Assembly (NCBI GenBank): GCA_964016885.1
Contig: OZ024764.1
Coordinates: 1,984,001-2,048,000, forward strand
Reading direction: 5' to 3'
Length of the DNA: 64,000 nucleotides
Origin: Eledone cirrhosa
Lineage: Eukaryota
The position numbers and the translations under genes are program-made. Positions 57,301-64,000 of this stretch are shown piece by piece. The notes beneath the pieces are model-generated. The model was given only the letters and a program-made list of their open reading frames with translations. It had not been told where the DNA came from and searched no databases. Positions within the stretch are counted from its first letter, which is position 1; the number at the start of each line of letters is the position of its first letter.

Positions 57301-57534
57301 ATAACAACTTCGTAAAATAGAATTCAATGTGTTTTTATTGACAAAAACGTATTTAAATACACGAGAAATATTGTTTAATTCTTCTCTTGTGTTCCTTCTT
57401 TACAGATGTCCAGCCACACAAGTGTTCTGTAGAATGAAATAAGTTTGTAATAAAACAATTGTATCATATACTTTATTGTGTTGTTTATTTATTCCTGGTA
57501 TGAAGGTAAAATATATTTTAAACAGCCTCATCAA

Positions 57535-58410
57535 GGTTTCGAATCCAGCAGTCGCTCCAAAAATGGTTGTCCAATAAACAATGTAGACGGTGTCTTCAAT
57601 GGTTCTAATCTAAGGAGAGAAAAGTAAGTACCATCAAGGGAATGAAGAGTAAGTATCAATAAAGAATGTCAACAATGTAGAAAGTATCATTGAGGGTTCG
57701 AATCCAACAGTCGTCTAAGAACGTAGTTACCATCAAGGGTGATAAGTATCAAAAATGTAATAAGAACCTTCGAGTATGTAAAGAAAGTATCTCAGGTTCG
57801 AATCCAACAGTCGTCTAAGAATGTAGTAACCACCAAAAAGGAAGTATCTCAGGTTCGAATCCAACTGTCTTCCAAGAATCCAATTAACCATCAAGGGTTC
57901 TAAGTATCAAAAATGTAATAAGAACCTTCAAGTATGTAAAGAAAGTATCTCAGGTTCGAATCCAACTGTCTTCCAAGAATGTAGAAACCATCTAATAATG
58001 TAAAGAAAGTATCAAAGGTTCGAATCTAAGTCAAGAATGTAGTAAGAAGATTCTAAGGTTCGAATCCAACTGTCTTCCAAGAATGTAAGTTACCTTCAAG
58101 GGTTCTAAGAATCTAAGCTAAGAAGGTTCGAATCCAACTGTCTTCCAAGAATGTAAGTGAGATTGTGGGTTCTAAGAATCTAGGTCTCTCTATATAGAAA
58201 CTAAGTTGAAGGTTCGAATCCAACTGTCTTCCAAGAATGTAAGTGAGATTGTGGGTTTTAAGAATGTAAGTTAAGAAGGTTCGAATCCAACTGTCTTCCA
58301 AGAATGTAAATGAGATTGTGGGTTCTAAGAATCTAAGTCTCTCTATATAGAAACTAAGTTAAGAAAGTTCAAATCCAACTGTCTTCCAAGAATGTAATTA
58401 ACCTCCAAGG
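57535..58410. repeat. Irregular tandem array built on GGTTCGAATCC (Pol III B-box consensus)
   Basis: About eight perfect and three variant copies; a related patch at ~62537-62692. Confidence 0.8.
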
Positions 58411-58605
58411 TTCTTCTAATATGCAAATGAGCCTTCAAAAATGTAATTAAGATTCTTTAATATATTTCTAAAAAAAAATTTTCTTCTAATATGCAAATGA
58501 GCTAATATGTAAATGAAGCTTCAAGAGTAATTAAGATTCTTAATATAATAAGATTCTTCTAATATGTAAATGAACTTCAAGCTCATTTGCATATTAGATG
58601 AAATT

Positions 58606-58783
58606 TGAAAAAGAATTCTTCACGGTGGTCAGGGACGGGCCTTGCATCTATGTGCCGGCCCCGAATAGTCCCAGGCCGATGCAGTCGTACGCCACTACGA
58701 ATCGAACGCCAGCCAGGGGGACTGGTAGTCTGAGACGCAGATCGCACGCCACCGCGAAGGCCGCAATTCTACTGAGTTAAATA
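58606..58783 (-). ncRNA. Candidate structured RNA of unknown family
   Basis: Terminal stem cttcgcggtgg/ccaccgtgaag, four internal helices, GTTCGATTC, upstream TATTTAA, downstream TTTTT. Confidence 0.3.
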
Positions 58784-60644
58784 GTGGTACTTATGGCTAC
58801 TTTGGAAAAATTTTGATCAAAAAAAAATTAATATATGCAAACGGAGCAAAGGGAAGTAATTCTGGATTCAAATATTTTTTTCATAAGACAATTATTAATG
58901 CATTGGTGGTGCTACGAAGACGGGGTTTTCGATGTCTGCCAACGGATTGTTTAGGGAGTTTAATTATGGGGGTTTATCGATAGTGACCCTTTCTACAATT
59001 CAGGACCCTTTAATGTCTACAAGATATTGCGATAGAGACGTGAGGGTAGCCAGCTTTGTTTACATTCGAGCGATAACCATAGAAGATTATACAGGTTAGA
59101 CATGTCTTTTAACCGCTTTTTGGCGACCTTATGTACATACACTACATGCCTTTGGCCCTCTAAGCTAGCGTTAGCCAGAGAGGACATTGAACCTTCGCGA
59201 GGGGAAATTTAACTTGGGTGTTCTCAGTCCTGGAAGGAGACTGAGGTGTGGATACACACAACACTGCCACTGAAATATGTACTGCCTGTACAGCCACCAA
59301 AGGAGGCAGGAACTGACATCTGTACAGTCACCATCGGTTTTCGATTGACAACCATAACTACACCCCGTAACAACACATATAGCACCAGCAACGTATTAAC
59401 AATTTTCTAATGAACAATATCTTCACACCTGAATTACTTCCATTTATTCCGTTTACATATATTATTTCAGCAACGAATAATTAAAAATATAGATACAAAT
59501 GTGACTAATACGTACCTTGGTGGACTCCGAGTTTAAGGGTGTGGACACAGGGGAGGGGTAAAGTGTGCCATTGACAGATGACCCCAGTTCTTGGGATGTT
59601 AAGAGACAGGCCTAACATTTTATAAGTCGCCGTATACTGTATATCAGGGGCATTAAAATACAGAACCATTATATTACATGTAATTGTGGGCCGAGTGGGG
59701 GAACTAAATCTGTGGGATGTAGAGAGGAGCAGCTAACACAATATACTGTATATGAGGGACATTAAAAGAGAGACAAACAGACCTTGTATTAGATGTAACA
59801 GCTGATGTATGGAGGGACAGCTACCACAATATACTGTATATCAGGGGCATTAAAATACAGACCCATTGTTATATTTCATGTAACTGCGGGGGGACAGCTA
59901 ACACTGTATAACAGGGACATTAAAAGAGAGGCCCACCCATAGATGTAACTGTGGGATGTAGAGAGGAGCAGCTAACACGTTAAAAGAAAGACAAACAGAC
60001 CTTGTATTAGATGTAACAGCTGATGTATGGAGGGACAGCTACCGCAATCTACTCTATATCTGGGACGTTAAAAGACAAACACACACTTATATTAGAAGGG
60101 ACAGCTACCACAATATACTGTATATCAGGTGTTAAAAGACAGGCCCATCTTTAGATATAACTATAGACCGCATGGAGGGGTAGCTATTACAATATAGTGT
60201 ATATCAGGGACGTTAAAAGACAGAGACATCCTTGCATTAGATGTAATTGTGGATTGTATGGATAGACAGACCCAACATTATATTAGATGTAACAGTGGGA
60301 TATACAGAGGGGCTGCTATAACTGTATATCAGGGACATTAAAAGACAGGTCCACCTTTTTATAAGCTGCAGCCGTGTGCCGTGAGGGACAGATGTAATTA
60401 TGGGTCTTATAAAGGGGCAGCTTCTACAATACACTGTATATAAGATAGACCTAGCCTTACATTAGATGTAACAGCAGCCGTATAGAGGGACAGCTACCAC
60501 AATATACTGTATATAAGGGACGTTAAAAGACAGACACATCCTTACATTAGATGTAACAGCTACCACAATATACTGTATATCAGGGACGTTAAAATACAGG
60601 CCCATTCTTTTATCAGAGAAAGAGACTTGCTGCTTTCTGGACGG

Positions 60645-60955
60645 TAAGCTTCAAGAAGATGGAAGTATTCCACCAGCCTGCACCCCAGGAAGAGTACCAC
60701 CCTCCCTATATCAACATTGGCGATACTGAACTGTATATCAGGGACGTTATTTCACCTACCAGGGGTGCACCATGACATCGGGTGCCAAGATCGACAGGGA
60801 AACCAGCAACTGACTGGCAAAGGTGAGCAGTGAATTTGGTAGACTGTAATAACGTGTGGAGGATTATACACGAAGCTGAACTCCTAACTACGCTGGGCAG
60901 GGCACGTCTCTAGCATGAAGGATCATTGCCGGCCCAGGATCACTCTCTATAGGCG
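60645..60955 (+). mobile_element. Degraded RTE (BovB-like) post-RT fragment
   Basis: KKMEVFHQPAPQEEYHPPYINIGDTEL..FTYQGCTMTSGAKIDRE..LAKVSSEFGRL..RWAGHVSSMKDH. Confidence 0.75.
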
Positions 60956-61287
60956 TGGGGTTTTCGAAGTTCGATGGAGACCCTGTTCTACATTTGAGGA
61001 TCCTTGGATAACGACAAGATCTTACGATAGAGCCGCAAGTTAGACATGTCTTTAAACCGCTTTGTTTACTCTCCAGCGAGAGGGTTTGAACATCTTTGTT
61101 TACAGTCGAGCGATAGCCATAGAAGGTTAGACATGTCTTTTTAACGCTTTTTTGCGACCTTATGTAAATACACTCCGTGTCTTTGGCCCTCTGGCCAAGC
61201 GTTGGCCACAGAGAAGATCTTACAATCCAGACAGAGCAGTGAGCCTTCGAGAAGGAGATTGAGGTGTGACACAACACTTCCACTGAA

Positions 61288-61690
61288 ATATGTAGTCACC
61301 AAATGAGGTATAGACAGACACGTACTGCCTGTACAGTCACCAAAGGTGAGATAGACAGACATATGTACTGCCTGTACAGTCACCAAACGAGGTATAGACT
61401 GACATATGTACTGCCTGTACAGTCACCAAAGGAGGTATAGACAGACATATGTACTGCCTGTACAGTCACCAAATGAGGTATAGACAGACATATGTACTGC
61501 CTGTACAGTCACCAAAGGAGGTGTAGACAGACATATGTACTGCCTGTACAGTCACCAAAGGAGGTGTAGACAGACATATGTACTGCCTGTACAGTCATCA
61601 AAGGAGGTGTAGACAGACATGTGTACTGCCTGTACAGTCACCAAAGGAGATATAGACTGACATGTGTACTGCCTGTACAGTCACCAAATG
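61288..61690. repeat. 43-bp minisatellite (~9 copies)
   Basis: catatgtactgcctgtacagtcaccaaaggaggtatagacaga; roughly two degenerate copies at ~59275-59332. Confidence 0.9.
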
Positions 61691-62753
61691 AACCACAATT
61701 GAAGAACAAGACAGTCAACACCAGTTTTCGATTGACAACCATAACTACACCCCGTAACAATACATATATATCACATGACCAGCAACGTATTAACAATTTT
61801 CAAATGAAAAATATATTCACACCTGAACTACTTCCATTTATGCCGTTTACATATATTATTTTGTCAACAAATAATGAAAAATATAGATACAAATGTGAAT
61901 AATACGTACTTGATGGACGGTGAAGTGTGCCATTGACAGATGATCCCAGTTCTTGGGATGTTAAAAAACAGGCCTAACCTTTTATAAGCTGCAACTGTGG
62001 ACCGTATGGAGGGACAGATACCACAATATACTGTATATCAAGGGTGTTAAAAGAAAGGCCCATCTTTAGATATAACTATAGACCGTATGGAGGGATAGCT
62101 ATTACAATCTACTGTATATCTGGGACGTTAAAAGACAGGCCCATCCTTATATTAGATGTAATTGTGGGTTGTAAGTATAGACAGACACACCCAACATTAT
62201 AGTAGATGTAACAGCGGGCCGTATGGAGGGACAGATACCACAATATACTGTATATGAGGGACGTTAAAAGACAGGCCCATCTTTAGATATAACTATAGAC
62301 CGTATGGAGGGGTAGCTATTACGTTATACTGTATATCAGCGATGTTATAAGACAGGTCTCCTTATATTCGATGTCTGCATATCAGGGACGTTATAAGACA
62401 GGTCCACCTTTTTATAAACTGCAACTATGGGCCGTATGGAGTGAGAGACAGACATTATATTAGATGTAATTACCACAATATACTGTATATCTGGGACGTT
62501 AAAAGACGAGACTTATATTAGATGTAATTGGGGGTTGTCTAAGAATGTAGTAACCATCAAGGGCTCTAAATGTAAAGGAAGTATCTAAGGTTCGAATCCA
62601 ACTGTCTTCCAAGAATCGAATTAACCATCAAGGGTTCTAAGTATCAAAAATGTAATAAGAACCTTCAAGTATGTAAAGAAGGTATCTCAGGTTGTATGGA
62701 CAGACAGACAGACCTAACATTATATTAGATGTAACTGTGGGCCGTTATATATA

Positions 62754-63090
62754 CCTCGATATCTCATCAGATATACATCTTTATATGTGCAAAAACGCCA
62801 CATGTAACTTTAATTACACACTTACCTAACATATGTAGGGGGCGGCGATCGAGTAATTGGACTGTAGACTCTATCGGTAAAACAGCCGAAAAAACCTGAT
62901 AGGGGACACACCCTAGATGCAGGGTACAGTCATAATGACAGGGGCCCGGCTCTGCCTCGATATCTCATCAGATATGCGAGTTTATATGTGCATAAACACA
63001 TTCACTTCGCCTGTAACAGTAATTACGGACTTACCTAACATATATGTGTAGTTGGCTGTAGACCCTATCGTTAAAACCTCATAGGGGACA
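62754..63090. repeat. Two-copy ~200-bp direct repeat
   Basis: cctcgatatctcatcagatat at ~62754 and ~62955. Confidence 0.7.
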
Positions 63091-63469
63091 CCCGTATAAT
63101 AACAGAGCTGCTGCAGGGAAAACTAGGAAGAGTTTAAAGAAAAACTACACAAGATATATTTTGTTATTAAATCCCTACGTTTTATTGTTTATTTTCAACA
63201 CTGGAAGCCGTAGTCCAACTCCTATATGCAGGGGGTCTCGTCGTTTGATTTGATCCGGGGACAATATCGTTCGGCACACCCTGAATAACGAAGCAGCCTT
63301 CTCTAGGGACAGTACTGCTTGCTCCATATGGGGAGGGGTCTAGAAAGGTTGTGTTAAACCACAGTATACTGTATATCATGGTCGTTAAAAGGCAGGCCCA
63401 TTCTGTTATCTCAGAGAAAGAGTCTTGCTGAGTATCACTTCGGAGGTATTCCCCCCGGCTCGTCCCCTA

Positions 63470-64000
63470 CACCACTCAGTTGGCAAACCATGGTCAATGG
63501 GCATCTTTGCATGCGGCCGAAAATAATCAAAGAATAAAAGGTAAACACCCACCTTCAATGGACCAAAAATCACATGCTGGAACCTCAGGACCTTGTTAGA
63601 CACAGTCACCGAGAGTATGTCAATCTGTTCTAATTCCACACTGAATGTTGACCTCGCTGCTCTCAGTGAGGTCCACTTCCCAGAGGAAGGCCACCTACAA
63701 GACCATGGTACCCTCTACTGGTCAGTCTCTTACAGGTCACTTCTGTGGATGATTTCAACGGCGTCGGCCTGGGAGGGAGTGCTTGGCTTGACAGAGGATG
63801 CTTGTTGGCTGAGTTCTGCGAAGAAGATCATCTTGCAGCAGAAAGACCGTTTGAAAACAACCTGGATACACCTTTGTTCCAAATAGTGGCACATCATTGA
63901 TTATATCCCAGGGCGCTGATGTGACCTGAAAGACCTCTTACATAGCAGAGTGATGCCCAGTGCCGAATGTCACACCGACCATCGTCTCGTACGCTGCAAA
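63470..64000 (+). mobile_element. Degraded RTE (BovB-like) AP-endonuclease fragment, runs off the window
   Basis: ITCWNLRTLLD, LNVDLAALSEVHFPEEG, DFN, QQKDRLKTTWIH, IIDY, MPSAECHTDHRLVRCK, with frameshifts. Confidence 0.8.

Larger units (their letters stand above)
58816..62745. repeat. Two diverged copies of a composite ~1.8-kb unit (58920-60600; 60955-62745), each ending in a degenerate ~85-bp satellite; partial third copy at 55485-55730
   Basis: Shared blocks ttttcgattgacaaccataactacaccccgtaacaa (~59338, ~61725) and accacaatatactgtatatcagggacgttaaaagaca. Confidence 0.75.

Noticed and set aside
57690-58400. CRISPR-like repeat-spacer pattern
   Set aside because: Linkers are duplicated or related to one another, there are no cas genes, and the context is eukaryotic.
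58612-58762. SRP/7SL RNA gene or HDV-like ribozyme
   Set aside because: No S domain and a different helix pattern from SRP; the HDV P1/P3/J4-2 order could not be fitted. Kept only as an unknown candidate.

Overview
Repeat-rich animal genomic DNA, most consistent with an octopus/coleoid cephalopod (inferred from the SINE/RTE content and (TA)n load). One host gene is visible: the last eight coding exons (7731-32666, +) of a KLHL1/4/5-type BTB-BACK-Kelch gene. All introns are GT-AG with consistent phases, and the 5' exons lie upstream of the window or in the N gap. The rest is RTE-clade LINEs (one uninterrupted ~1037-aa APE-RT-PHD ORF at 42300-45413, minus strand), two tRNA-derived SINE families, non-autonomous Helitrons, a mariner-type MITE, Penelope-like fragments and many mini/microsatellites, several amplified from LINE coding segments or splice sites. 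Most notable: (1) about nine hammerhead-ribozyme motifs, two intact on the sense strand inside KLHL introns and each overlapped by a fold-back arm; (2) a UGA-CUA readthrough context at the kelch stop with two short in-frame extensions; (3) ~105 tandem copies of a real 5' splice site; (4) a GC-rich multi-hairpin ~150-nt segment with Pol III-like flanks beside an octamer cluster and a B-box array. All calls were made by eye; no searches or folding programs were run.
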